Of a DNA stretch of 64,000 bases, positions 19,010 through 29,020 are shown piece after piece; within the stretch, counting starts at the first letter, position 1, and each line of letters starts with the position of its first letter. Under the pieces are notes generated by a model, which did no database searches, had not been told where the DNA came from, and saw only the letters and a list, made by a program, of their open reading frames with translations. The stretch lies in contig OZ242311.1 in assembly GCA_965207885.1 (NCBI GenBank), forward strand, positions 2,432,001-2,496,000, in the 5' to 3' direction. The translations under genes were made by a program, and so were the position numbers. This DNA comes from Candidatus Latescibacterota bacterium (GTDB lineage Bacteria; Latescibacterota; UBA2968).

Positions 19010-20644
19010 ATGGATGAGAAAAACAGGCCCAATGTCGTTCTTATCATTACGGACGATCAGGGGTACGGAACTGTGGGGGTACACGGGAATGATCAGGTCA
19101 GGACGCCATATATGGATCGGTTGGCCAATGAAGGGGTGGCGTTTGACCGTTTCTACGGGCATCCGCTGTGTTCGCCTTCTCGAGCCGCATTGATGACGGG
19201 GCGGTATTTCTATCGAACCGGAATCCTACACACGTCTCGAGGGGGTGCATTAATGTCGGGCGATGAGGTCACTGCCGCCGAGCTGTTTCGAGATGCCGGG
19301 TACCGCACCGGGATTTTTGGGAAGTGGCATCTCGGTGACAATTACCCAATGAGGCCCATGGACCAGGGATTTGAGAAAGCTGTGTGGCACAAAGGAGGGG
19401 GGATCGGGCAAGCCCCCGTAAGGCCAAATAGCTACTTTGACTCACTTCTGTGGCGAGAAGGAGAAGATTTCCAGGCGAAAGGGTACTGCACGGATGTCTT
19501 CTTTGACGAGGCCCTCGCGTTTATCGAGGAATATCAAAGCGAGCCGTTTTTTATCTATATTCCGACGAATGCGCCGCACGGTCCTCTCGAGATCAGTGAC
19601 GAATATGCGGATCCCTATCGCGAGATGGGTCTGGATGACAGCGTCGCACGAATCTATGGGATGGTCGAGAATATCGATGACAATATTGGGCGACTCCTGG
19701 AACTGCTGGAACGTCTCGGGCTGGATGAAGATACAATAATCATCTTTACGTCCGACCACGGTCCCGCGGGCGGCAGGTACAATGCCGGACTCAGATCCAC
19801 AAAAGGAGATGTGTACGAAGGCGGGATTCGCGTTCCGTATTTCATGAGGTGGCCGAAAGGGATGCCGGCTGGTTTCAAAACCGACAAGATTGCCTCACAT
19901 ATCGATGTTCTGCCCACTTTGTTGTCGCTTTGTAACGTGGATTCTCCCTCTGATCTCAGGATGGATGGCGTGGATCTGACGCCCCTGATTCGAGGTCATG
20001 ATGTGGAATGGCTTGATCGCACACTTTTCATTCAGACACACCGGGGGAGCCGTCCGCGACAGTACCACAACTGTACGGCGCTCACCCAACGCTACAAGTG
20101 GTTGGGTTATCCCGGTACCGGTGGACAGTGGGATTTTGAGACTTCTTCGACTGACCTCGTGATGGAGCTGTACGATCTCGAAGACGACTCTGGCGAAGAG
20201 AAAGAGATAGGTGGCCAGATGCCCGATCTTGTAGCGCAGATGAGGAAAGACTACGACGCCTGGTTCGACGATGTGGCTTCGGATTGGCAGGTGGGGGTCA
20301 TTCACATTGGGAATTCGGCCGAGAATCCTCTCACGCTGTGCCGCTATCAGGATTCAGAATACATATCCGAACTGCCACACGGCTGGCGTGTGAAGGTCGA
20401 ACAGAGCGGAACCTATGAGTTTCGAATCAACCGTGAGTCGCTAAATGGCGCGGGTGCCCTCGGGGTTCAGTGGCAGGGGGATACTCAGAGAAGCCCGCTG
20501 GCTGCGGGAGAGAATACAGGACGATTCGAGCTTGAAGCGGGGGACGGCAATCTGGAGATCTGGTTCGAGCTCGAAGATATAGGTCGCGTGACGTTTTCAA
20601 GCAATTTGACGATTGGGGATGTGGAGGTGGATTACCTGGGGTAG
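19010..20644 (+). CDS. Arylsulfatase (S1, formylglycine-dependent)
   Basis: PNVVLIITDDQG, CSPSRAALMTGR, GKWHLG. Confidence 0.92.
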   Translation: MDEKNRPNVVLIITDDQGYGTVGVHGNDQVRTPYMDRLANEGVAFDRFYGHPLCSPSRAALMTGRYFYRTGILHTSRGGALMSGDEVTAAELFRDAGYRTGIFGKWHLGDNYPMRPMDQGFEKAVWHKGGGIGQAPVRPNSYFDSLLWREGEDFQAKGYCTDVFFDEALAFIEEYQSEPFFIYIPTNAPHGPLEISDEYADPYREMGLDDSVARIYGMVENIDDNIGRLLELLERLGLDEDTIIIFTSDHGPAGGRYNAGLRSTKGDVYEGGIRVPYFMRWPKGMPAGFKTDKIASHIDVLPTLLSLCNVDSPSDLRMDGVDLTPLIRGHDVEWLDRTLFIQTHRGSRPRQYHNCTALTQRYKWLGYPGTGGQWDFETSSTDLVMELYDLEDDSGEEKEIGGQMPDLVAQMRKDYDAWFDDVASDWQVGVIHIGNSAENPLTLCRYQDSEYISELPHGWRVKVEQSGTYEFRINRESLNGAGALGVQWQGDTQRSPLAAGENTGRFELEAGDGNLEIWFELEDIGRVTFSSNLTIGDVEVDYLG

Positions 20645-20748
20645 GGATAAAACGGTGCGGAATTGTAAAGATGGATGTAAGGTGTCTATTCAAAGCTGTA
20701 ACCTATTTTGTTTTTTTGAGAAAATTCAGTCCGAACATTTGATACATT

Positions 20749-20901
20749 CGAGAACGTATGAATGACCTTGGTGTGCCAAATGAGGCTCTAACACTTACAG
20801 GTGGGATTCACGGTACGTGGAATTGGTTGCCGTGGTTTGATGTGACAATGATTCAGGTGGATCGGTTTTTGCAACGAACATGGAAGACAATAGAGAAATG
20901 A
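20749..20901 (+). pseudogene. C-terminal remnant of an alpha/beta hydrolase
   Basis: RERMNDLGVPNEALTLTGGIHGTWNWLPWF..DRFL; stop overlaps the next ATG; in-frame stop just upstream. Confidence 0.45.
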
Positions 20902-22013
20902 CTGATGGAATAGAGAAGCCACTAAGTGTAGCAATGAAACGGCATCGGTGTGATGATAGTGAGAATGAGTTATATACGCGTTTTCGTTATTCTCCTGTCG
21001 AAGGGCTTGGTTACGAGCCTGGTGTTGGGCGAAGAGATCCGAGTTCGATTATCAAGGTTGGCGATCTTTATTACGTCTGGTACACACATTGCACTGATAC
21101 GAGATATAAATGGTTGAACGCAGACTTGTGGTATGCGACGAGTCCCGATGGGTATGTATGGACAGAGCTTGGTCCAGCCGTGGAGCGTGGTCCGGCAGGT
21201 GCCTGGGATGATTACAGTGTGTTTACATGTAATATTCTCGTCGCCGATGGCAGATACTATCTGGTTTATCAGGCCGAGACCATGCCCGAACGCGGTTTGG
21301 GTATCAACGTAGTGGGCATGGCAAAGGCAGACTCTCCGGATGGGCCGTGGGAGAAGTTGCCTGAGCCAGTCTTGGAAACCGCTCCTGATGGAAAATTTGA
21401 GGTGCCAGATCTAGATCAGGTGCATAAACGGAAAGTTATTAAAAAAGGGTCGTGGGATAGTGCTGCAGTTCACGATCCGGGGCTTTTGGTGCGCGATGGC
21501 AAGTACTGGCTATATTACAAAGGGCATGGAGTCGGAGATATCATGTTTGCCGATTCGAAGTGGGGCGTGGCGATTGCTGATCACCCTGAGGGCCCTTATG
21601 AGAAACATCCGCTGAATCCAATTACAAATAGCGGGCACGAGGTCTGGGTTTGGCCCTGGAAAACAGGTGTGGCTGCAATGGTTGATTGGGCGGGTCCTGA
21701 GAAGGGATCAATTCAATACGCGGAGGATGGCTTGAACTTTGAGGTGATGGCAACGCTGGAAGATATTCCACCTGCAGGAGGGGCTTATATTCCCGATAAA
21801 TTTACGGATACAAAAGATGGCAAGGGGTTTAGCTGGGGGCTGTGTCATTACGGACGGTCCGACTGGAATTTTCTGGTGCGCTTCGATTGTGATCTGGAAA
21901 GAGGACGGGAAAAACAGCTTGCCTGGTCTTATTTCCAGCACTACAGCACGATCCGCGATGTGATGATTAATCCAGAAAGGTTCAATGTGCCACCAGAGGC
22001 GTTGCTGGGATGA
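20898..22013 (+). CDS. GH117-family glycoside hydrolase (3,6-anhydro-galactosidase-like five-blade propeller)
   Basis: SxAxxR signature (LSVAMKR), RRDPS, DLWYATS, VHDP, NPITNSGHE. Confidence 0.8.
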   Translation: MTDGIEKPLSVAMKRHRCDDSENELYTRFRYSPVEGLGYEPGVGRRDPSSIIKVGDLYYVWYTHCTDTRYKWLNADLWYATSPDGYVWTELGPAVERGPAGAWDDYSVFTCNILVADGRYYLVYQAETMPERGLGINVVGMAKADSPDGPWEKLPEPVLETAPDGKFEVPDLDQVHKRKVIKKGSWDSAAVHDPGLLVRDGKYWLYYKGHGVGDIMFADSKWGVAIADHPEGPYEKHPLNPITNSGHEVWVWPWKTGVAAMVDWAGPEKGSIQYAEDGLNFEVMATLEDIPPAGGAYIPDKFTDTKDGKGFSWGLCHYGRSDWNFLVRFDCDLERGREKQLAWSYFQHYSTIRDVMINPERFNVPPEALLG

Positions 22014-22043
22014 TAGAATTTTGAAGCTGTAATTTATGATGAT

Positions 22044-23153
22044 ATGAGCGAAATCGTTAAGATAAGAACGCGGCTGTTCGAAGTGCCATTGGCGGAGGTG
22101 CTGGTCGATGCCAAGCATGGCGACCATAGTCACTTCGAGTTGATTACCGTGACGATAACACTGAAGGATGGGTACGAGGGAACCGGGTACACTTATACCG
22201 GTGGTCGCGGTGGCAGGTCGATTAAAGCTATGATCGACGCGGATCTGGCTCCCAGGTTGATTGCCAGGAATGGGGCGGATGTGGAAGAGATCAACGATTG
22301 GTGCGAATGGTATATTCATTACGTCGGTCGTGGCGGGGTTTCGTCATTTGCGATATCGGCGATCGACATCGCTCTTTGGGATATCCGCTGCAAACGCAAG
22401 GACCTGCCCTTGTGGAAAGTTTCGGGTGGGGCGGGTGCGAGTTGCAAAGCCTATGGTGGAGGTATTGATCTGAATTTTCCTCTCCCGAAACTCCTCGATA
22501 ACATCCGTCGCTATCTCGATAAGGGTTTCAATGGGGTCAAGATCAAGGTTGGGCAACCCACTCTGGATGAGGATGTAGATCGGGTCCGGGCAGTTCGAAA
22601 GCTTATTGGTCCAGATATTGCTTTCATGGTCGATGCAAACTACTCGATGAGTGTCCAGTACGCTATTGAGGCGGCTAACCGATTTAAGGCGTTCGATATC
22701 CTGTGGTTTGAGGAGCCTACGCTTCCAGATGACTATCTGGGTTATGCCGAGATTGCCGATGCTACGGGAGTGCCTCTATCGATGGGCGAGAACCTTCATA
22801 CGATACATGAATTTGGCTACGCTTTTGAACAGGCTAAGCTCTCTTATATTCAGCCTGATGCTTCCAATTGTATGGGGATTACCGGCTGGCTAAAGGTTGC
22901 CGAATTGTCGCGTAAGTACGAAGTTCCAATATGCTCTCATGGCATGCAGGAGTTGCACGTCAGTCTGGTTTCTGCGCAACCCAATGCAGGTTGGATGGAG
23001 TACCACAGCTTTCCAATCGACGAATACACGAAGCGTCCGTTGAAGATCGAAAACCACCGGGCGATTGCGCCTGATGATCCTGGAATCGGCGTAGAATTCG
23101 ACTGGTCTAAACTCGAACCTTATTGCGTCTCTGATCTGGTATTCGGCGAATAA
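22044..23153 (+). CDS. Enolase-superfamily enzyme, 3,6-anhydro-galactonate cycloisomerase-like
   Basis: [56 protein letters not shown] resemble the Vibrio EJY3 cycloisomerase as recalled. Confidence 0.78.
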   Translation: MSEIVKIRTRLFEVPLAEVLVDAKHGDHSHFELITVTITLKDGYEGTGYTYTGGRGGRSIKAMIDADLAPRLIARNGADVEEINDWCEWYIHYVGRGGVSSFAISAIDIALWDIRCKRKDLPLWKVSGGAGASCKAYGGGIDLNFPLPKLLDNIRRYLDKGFNGVKIKVGQPTLDEDVDRVRAVRKLIGPDIAFMVDANYSMSVQYAIEAANRFKAFDILWFEEPTLPDDYLGYAEIADATGVPLSMGENLHTIHEFGYAFEQAKLSYIQPDASNCMGITGWLKVAELSRKYEVPICSHGMQELHVSLVSAQPNAGWMEYHSFPIDEYTKRPLKIENHRAIAPDDPGIGVEFDWSKLEPYCVSDLVFGE

Positions 23154-23173
23154 GCGTCTGGTTCCTCATCGAA

Positions 23174-24289
23174 TCACGGTGAAATTTGCAACTTGCCGAA
23201 ATGAATATGAGTACGCGGCGTATCTGGTGTGCCGCTGTCCCACACGCAACGGAAGTCCCCCGGCGCAATTTCAATAAGTGTGGGATAAGAGTTCTTAATC
23301 CCGGCATCGTAGAAGGTTTTCTCTTCGCTCCAGGTGTCTCCGGGATTTTTTGTTTTGTACCGCAGAGAAGTCCGACCTCCGTTGGGAAATCCCGGTGCTT
23401 TTACTCTTTGGGGAGGCCCGTCGCTGTACACATAGATATGCGTGCCATTCGAGGATCGGCCAAAGAAAGCTTTTGACTTGGCGTTGTGCAGGTCGGGTTC
23501 GGGTTTGGCGACACTCCAGGTCTGGCCACCGTCACGGCTTACGCTCGAATAGGCTCTGGGCGGGTCCGTCGTGCGATCGGTTTCGTCGTAATCGGCCGTT
23601 CGCATGACAATCCATAGTTCCTTTGGTGTTTCTCCCGGCGCGATATTTCCCTCATGTAGGAAAACACGAGCATTGGTGGGTTGGGGAATATATGCTTCGA
23701 GCTTCCATTCCAGCAGGCTGGTACTGCTGAGAACGAAGTGGTCACGCGAACCGCGTGGGTCTTCTTGCAGCGTGTTGCGGTGGGCTGGCAGGAGATACTT
23801 GCGTACCGAGTCGATCTCTGTGGCAACGATGCTCGAGCACGTGATGAGCGGCCCTGCATAGTGCATCGCCATTTCCACCTGTGTCCAGGAATAACCGCCA
23901 TCTGCGGTGAATGCACCGACCAGTTGAGATTCTTCGCTATTCTTCTGAGCTATCGGGCAGCGCATCGCAAAGCACCAAATGACGTCCTGTCCGGGGGCGC
24001 GGTAAAGAACTGGATTCGCGTAGGCAAATTGCACTATACCCTGACGCTGGCGATGATCGAATATCATCACGGGTTCCTCCCAGGTATCCCCATCGTCGGT
24101 TGAGAGCGTCGCGAGAATGTCTCCCATGTCTTTCTTGCCGTTGACCATCGCCCCGAAGGCCACAATGAGATGCCTCTTCTTCTGCCCTGGAATAATGACC
24201 GGTTGCCACACGCGCCAGGCCTGCGGATGCTGCTCAACCCGGCGAACTACGCGAAGGTCCATAACATCTCCTCGATAATTCTGCATCAT
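23174..24289 (-). CDS. Sialidase-like BNR-repeat protein
   Basis: STDDGDTW, TADGGYSW, SRDGGQTW Asp boxes; SYPT near the C-terminus. Confidence 0.75.
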   Translation of the reverse strand: MMQNYRGDVMDLRVVRRVEQHPQAWRVWQPVIIPGQKKRHLIVAFGAMVNGKKDMGDILATLSTDDGDTWEEPVMIFDHRQRQGIVQFAYANPVLYRAPGQDVIWCFAMRCPIAQKNSEESQLVGAFTADGGYSWTQVEMAMHYAGPLITCSSIVATEIDSVRKYLLPAHRNTLQEDPRGSRDHFVLSSTSLLEWKLEAYIPQPTNARVFLHEGNIAPGETPKELWIVMRTADYDETDRTTDPPRAYSSVSRDGGQTWSVAKPEPDLHNAKSKAFFGRSSNGTHIYVYSDGPPQRVKAPGFPNGGRTSLRYKTKNPGDTWSEEKTFYDAGIKNSYPTLIEIAPGDFRCVWDSGTPDTPRTHIHFGKLQISP

Positions 24290-24444
24290 CTATCTCCTCG
24301 ATTTGCGTTCAAAATTTTTTTAAATTTAAGATCTGCATAATTATCAGTACTTCCAAGCTGGAAATTACCCTCTGTTAAATCGCCATTCAATCTAAGGGGG
24401 TTGGGCATTGACATTCTATACAACTTTCATATAAGGAGGACAAT

Positions 24445-25461
24445 ATGACACCCATCAGACTTGGTGTTGTTGGTCTTGGTCTTGGTCAATGGATAGTAGA
24501 AACTGTGAAGAAAATCGAGGGTGCCCACGTTGTGGCAGCTGCTGAGAATATGCCTGCTCGATTGGACAGTATGGGTGGTTATAGAGCCTATGAGAAGAAA
24601 AATGATCTCAGGCTTTACGAAGATGCAGACCAGATGATGGATGCCGAATCGTTGGACGCGGTCGCACTTGCGGTGACGCCCAAACATCGCAGGGCGCTGA
24701 TTGAATCGGCTGGCAACAGGGGCATCCCAATGCTGATTGAGAAGCCCTGGGCAGGGACAGTGGAAAGTGGAAGAGCGTTGGTTGACTTGTGCAACAGTTT
24801 TGATTTGCCCTGTCAGGTCGAATTTCCGATCCGTTGTATGCCTGCAATGGTGCGGTTGCGAGAACTCCTGAAAGGTCCTCTCGGAAATGGGTGGATGGCG
24901 AATGGCAATCTGATGGTGGGCTGGTGTCCTCCGCCAGAATCAAAACACTGGGATCCGGAAAACCACAATGGGCTTATCAACGAGTGCTATGTACATCTTT
25001 TCGACACGCTGGCATTTTTACTGGGCAAGCCCAAATCCGTATTCTCATTTGGGGGATCGTTCAGAGGTAGCCCAATGCCGGATGCGGCCGCAGCAGTCAT
25101 TGAGTTCGAATCTGGAGCCTCCGCTTCGCTGACTTGTGGTGGCATTGGTGCTGCGTGTGCTGATGGCGGACATCTTCTGGATATTTGGACAGAGAACGGA
25201 CTGGCACGCATAACTGGCACGCAATGGCTACCGGATACGCTGGAATGGGCCTTGAGGGAGGCCAAAGAATCTACAGTCGAGACGTTTCAGGCGCCTGAGC
25301 GGACGACCCTGATGGAGTACAATATGCGTGCATTTTTCAACGCTGTCCGAAGTGGCACCCCTGTAGCTGCAACACCTGAAGACGGACTGATTGCGACAGC
25401 CGTCGCGATGGCCATTCAGGAATCTATTATTACGGGGAATCGCGTTGCGGTGGACTGTTAG
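24445..25461 (+). CDS. Gfo/Idh/MocA-family oxidoreductase
   Basis: LGVVGLGLG, IEKP, HLFD; TTGACA promoter-like site and AAGGAGG RBS. Confidence 0.85.
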   Translation: MTPIRLGVVGLGLGQWIVETVKKIEGAHVVAAAENMPARLDSMGGYRAYEKKNDLRLYEDADQMMDAESLDAVALAVTPKHRRALIESAGNRGIPMLIEKPWAGTVESGRALVDLCNSFDLPCQVEFPIRCMPAMVRLRELLKGPLGNGWMANGNLMVGWCPPPESKHWDPENHNGLINECYVHLFDTLAFLLGKPKSVFSFGGSFRGSPMPDAAAAVIEFESGASASLTCGGIGAACADGGHLLDIWTENGLARITGTQWLPDTLEWALREAKESTVETFQAPERTTLMEYNMRAFFNAVRSGTPVAATPEDGLIATAVAMAIQESIITGNRVAVDC

Positions 25462-25494
25462 GCAAACTCGATTCTGATCCGCCCCCTCTCTGTT

Positions 25495-26382
25495 CTAACC
25501 CAGATCTGGCACTCGCCAGTTGGCATACCAGCGAGAGTCTTCTGGGGGTGCTTTATCCCCGCTCTGCATAGAAGCAAAATTTTTCATTCGGGGGCGGATC
25601 TCCTCGTCCCAGATACGCTCAATCTGCCCGTAGGTCAGCGGGGTGTGATCGGGTTTTAAACGCTCGTATTCCGTTAGAAGTTCTTTTGCTTTTTCAGATA
25701 TATGTGCTGCCGTATCAGCCGCCATTTCTTCTCCTGCTCGCCGGCTGGATGTATCCACATAATCGCCCTGGGCGAAATGAGGCCCTGGCACGTCCGGTCC
25801 GGGAAGCCGGGACAGATCTACACAGTCCGGGGCCACGGCCCACAGCAGCGATGTTTCGCCTCTTCCCGCGTGGCCTCCCATGCCCCGGTCGTCTTTGAAT
25901 CGGGATTCCCCTGTGCCCATACTCATAAGAGAATAGAGGCGGACGGAAACGTGTTGCTGGAGGATTTCAATTACAACGGGTACGTCCAGGCGGTGTGGTC
26001 CCGAATGTCCGGAGAAGAGCACGGCTACGTGAAATCCCAGGGCATCGACGGCGCGGATGTGATAGCAGAGATTTTTTAAAAAGATCCACGGTGGCACCGC
26101 TGTAAGCCAGGGGCGGACGTCACCCACCCGTTCGTGTGCCCAGGTCCCGTAGCCTCCCGATTCGTGGCAGTGCCAGTATTCGGGCGGGGCTACAATGCCT
26201 CCGAATGACCGGGCGGCCTGACACACTACTCCGTGGGCACGCAGCGCGTCCAGGCCCAGGGCGTTCACCGGCCCGTGGGGTTCACACAGGCCATAGGGCA
26301 AATACACCACTGGACAATCCTCAAAGGCGGCTTCCAGTTCATCGGGAAACATGCGTTCCCAGCGGACTTCTCTCCGTTCCAT
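25495..26382 (-). CDS. Creatininase-family amidohydrolase
   Basis: LPYGLCEPHG..GLD, SGH, GHAGRGETS. Confidence 0.85.
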   Translation of the reverse strand: MERREVRWERMFPDELEAAFEDCPVVYLPYGLCEPHGPVNALGLDALRAHGVVCQAARSFGGIVAPPEYWHCHESGGYGTWAHERVGDVRPWLTAVPPWIFLKNLCYHIRAVDALGFHVAVLFSGHSGPHRLDVPVVIEILQQHVSVRLYSLMSMGTGESRFKDDRGMGGHAGRGETSLLWAVAPDCVDLSRLPGPDVPGPHFAQGDYVDTSSRRAGEEMAADTAAHISEKAKELLTEYERLKPDHTPLTYGQIERIWDEEIRPRMKNFASMQSGDKAPPEDSRWYANWRVPDLG

Positions 26383-26480
26383 GGTTCAGGCTCCTTATGT
26401 TGAATGGAGAATGAGATAAAAGGCCGGATGAAATTTAGGCTATAAATAAAAAAAGGCTATGATTAATCTCATACATCCGC

Positions 26481-28922
26481 AAGTACGACAAAAGCACTTG
26501 ACAACTATTGCCGAAAACGCCTTCTTACCAGCCATCCATGCGCAAGAAACGGCCCTTGTAGTTCCTACACGTAGAGGAGATTAGAAGATGGACGACGCGA
26601 TGCGTGAAACGTTCGCACGACAAGGCTATATCGTCGTGCCCAACGTGCTCAATCAACAGCAGTTGGACGAGCTCAATCAAGTCTACGATCAGCATATCCA
26701 CGAGCGGGAGGAGACGCTGTCCACGGCCCGCACTGACAAACAGAACCGTAAGAGCATCCGGGAGCGCGACACACGCCAGACAACAGATCGGCACGGCAAC
26801 ACCTACGTGGGGAGAAGGTTATGGAGCAAGGCCTACCGGGACCTGATCGACAACGAGACCATGCTGCCCATCCTTGAAGAGCTTCTCGGCGACCCGACGT
26901 GGGGCCATGCCCCAGCACATATGCCGGCAGAGCTCCGCCCCTTGTTCCGGCTGGATCACGACAATATACATTACAAGCCCGGCCGGAAACCGACAGACGG
27001 CGAGGACAAAGGCGGGACACTCCACGGCGGCCCTGGCAACTTTCATATCACGTGTGTGTATGAACTCAAGACAGTCGGACCAGATGACGGGGGCTTCGGG
27101 TGCGTTGTCGGCACACACAAGCCGGCCAATGAGCAGAAACTGACGGACATCGACGGCGACTGGCGGCGGAACTGGTGTGACACGGAGTGGACGTCGCAGC
27201 TGCCAAACTGGGATGAAGATGTGCCGGTGCACCGCGTCGAGGCCAGGGCTGGGGACTGCATTTTGTTCAGTGAGAAGCTCAAACACGGTACGATTCCGTG
27301 GGCAGGGAGCGACGAGCGCCGCACCCTCTTCTACAAGTATGTTCCTTTCGGTATGCACCACGGCGACGTCGCGTACGACACCAACGACCCCGAACTCACG
27401 GAGCGGCAGAAACGGATCCTGGAGTTCTCGCCGTGCTGGTTTAACGATCCCCGTGAGGACAAAGACTACTCCGCGAACCCTGCGCTTACAACGCTCCATC
27501 CGCTGGCGTGTGTGGAGAGCGATCCGGGTGTGTTGCTGCCGGGTATGTCGCCGCCGCACATCCGGCTGACGGACGAGACCAGGGCAATGCTGAGTGCCAA
27601 CTGAAGATTCGAAACATAAAACAGCCTTTTTGTTTCGAAACCGTGGGTATTCAATTTGAATGCCTGCGGTTTTTGGTTTAATTGATGCTGGATTTGAGAT
27701 CCTTCACGTTTGGGAAGAGCCGACCAAAAATCATGATCGATGGCGTCAGAATTGTTTTCACGCTCTGCCCAACGGATTCTATATGGTCTGTAAGAAGAAG
27801 CAATAAGTACGACAAAAACACTTGACAACGACTGCTGAAAACTCCTTCTTACCAGCCATTCATGCGCAAGAAATGGCCCTTTTAGTTTCTACACATAGAG
27901 GAGATTAGAAGATGGACAATGCGATGCGTGACACGTTCGCACGACAAGGCTATATCGTCGTGCCCAACGTGCTCAATCAACAGCAGTTGGACGAGCTCAA
28001 TCAAGTCTATGATCAGCATATCTTTGAGCGGGAGGAGACGCTGTCCACGGCCGGCACCGACAAACAGAACCGCTTCTACATCGGCGGGCGCGACACACGC
28101 CAGACAACTGACCGGCACGGCAACACCTACGTGGGGAGAAGGTTATGGAGCAAGGCCTACAGGGACCTGATCGACAACGAGACCATGCTGCCCATCCTTG
28201 AAGAGCTTCTCGGCGACCCGACGTGGGGCCATGCCCCAGCACATATGCCGGCAGAGCTTCGCCCCTTGTTCCGGTTAGATCACGACAATATACATTACAA
28301 GCCCAGCCGGAAACCGACAGACGGTGAGGACAAAGGCGGGACACTCCACGGCAGCCCGAGCAGCTTTCATATCACGTGTGTGTATGAACTCAAGACAGTC
28401 GGACCAGATGACGGAGGCTTCGGTTGCGTTGTCGGCACACACAAGCCGGCCAATGAGCAGAAACTGACGGACATCGACGGTGACTGGCGGCGAAACTGGT
28501 GCGACACGGAGTGGACGTCGCAACTGCCAAACTGGGATGACGATGTGCCGGTACACCGCGTCGAGGCCAGGGCTGGGGACTGCATTTTGTTCAGTGAGAA
28601 GCTCAAACACGGTACGATTCCATGGGCGGGGAGTGGCGAACGTCGCACCCTCTTCTACAAGTATGTTCCTTTCGGCATGCACCACGGCGACGCCGCGTAT
28701 GACACCAACGACCCCGAACTGACTGAGCGGCAGAAACGGATCCTGGAGTTCTCGCCGTGCTGGTTTAACGATCCCCGTGAGGACAAAGACTACTCCGCGA
28801 ATCCTGCGCTTACAACGCTCCATCCGCTGGCGTGTGTGGAGAGCGATCCGAGTGTGTTGCTGCCGGGCATGTCGCCGCCGCACATCCGGCTGACGGACGA
28901 GACCAGGGCAATGCTGAGTGCC
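26481..28922 (+). repeat. Tandem duplication of an about 1.12-kb unit (26481-27598 and 27805-28922)
   Basis: Near-identical DNA at constant offset 1324, including about 107 bp upstream of each start codon. Confidence 0.95.
26588..27604 (+). CDS. PhyH-like Fe/2OG enzyme, copy 1 (HGG variant)
   Basis: FARQGYIVVPNVL, LHGG, DGGFGCVVGTHK, AGDCILFSEKLKHGT, RRTLFYKY. Confidence 0.8.
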   Translation: MDDAMRETFARQGYIVVPNVLNQQQLDELNQVYDQHIHEREETLSTARTDKQNRKSIRERDTRQTTDRHGNTYVGRRLWSKAYRDLIDNETMLPILEELLGDPTWGHAPAHMPAELRPLFRLDHDNIHYKPGRKPTDGEDKGGTLHGGPGNFHITCVYELKTVGPDDGGFGCVVGTHKPANEQKLTDIDGDWRRNWCDTEWTSQLPNWDEDVPVHRVEARAGDCILFSEKLKHGTIPWAGSDERRTLFYKYVPFGMHHGDVAYDTNDPELTERQKRILEFSPCWFNDPREDKDYSANPALTTLHPLACVESDPGVLLPGMSPPHIRLTDETRAMLSAN

Positions 28923-28928
28923 GGCTAG
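27912..28928 (+). CDS. PhyH-like Fe/2OG enzyme, copy 2 (HGS variant)
   Basis: Paralog of 26588-27604 with the same length (338 aa). Confidence 0.8.
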   Translation: MDNAMRDTFARQGYIVVPNVLNQQQLDELNQVYDQHIFEREETLSTAGTDKQNRFYIGGRDTRQTTDRHGNTYVGRRLWSKAYRDLIDNETMLPILEELLGDPTWGHAPAHMPAELRPLFRLDHDNIHYKPSRKPTDGEDKGGTLHGSPSSFHITCVYELKTVGPDDGGFGCVVGTHKPANEQKLTDIDGDWRRNWCDTEWTSQLPNWDDDVPVHRVEARAGDCILFSEKLKHGTIPWAGSGERRTLFYKYVPFGMHHGDAAYDTNDPELTERQKRILEFSPCWFNDPREDKDYSANPALTTLHPLACVESDPSVLLPGMSPPHIRLTDETRAMLSAG

Positions 28929-28957
28929 AACTTTTTGGCCAAATGATAGCGAAAATA

Positions 28958-28994
28958 GAAAAATGCCGTGAGATTTTTTCTCACGGCGTTTTTC
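28958..28994. terminator. Terminator/REP-like palindrome
   Basis: GAAAAATGCCGTGAGA-TTTT-TTCTCACGGCGTTTTTC; related copy at 31912-31948. Confidence 0.65.
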
Positions 28995-29020
28995 ATTGAT
29001 TCACCGTAGAGAAAGGAGCT

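Noticed and set aside
27605-27804. Spacer between PhyH copies as a gene (ORF 27466-27828, minus)
   Set aside because: Overlaps both repeat units and has no recognisable motif; at most a remnant
26481-28922. PhyH pair as DGR TR/VR or assembly artefact
   Set aside because: Both copies are full ORFs, differences involve all bases and many are silent; no RT present
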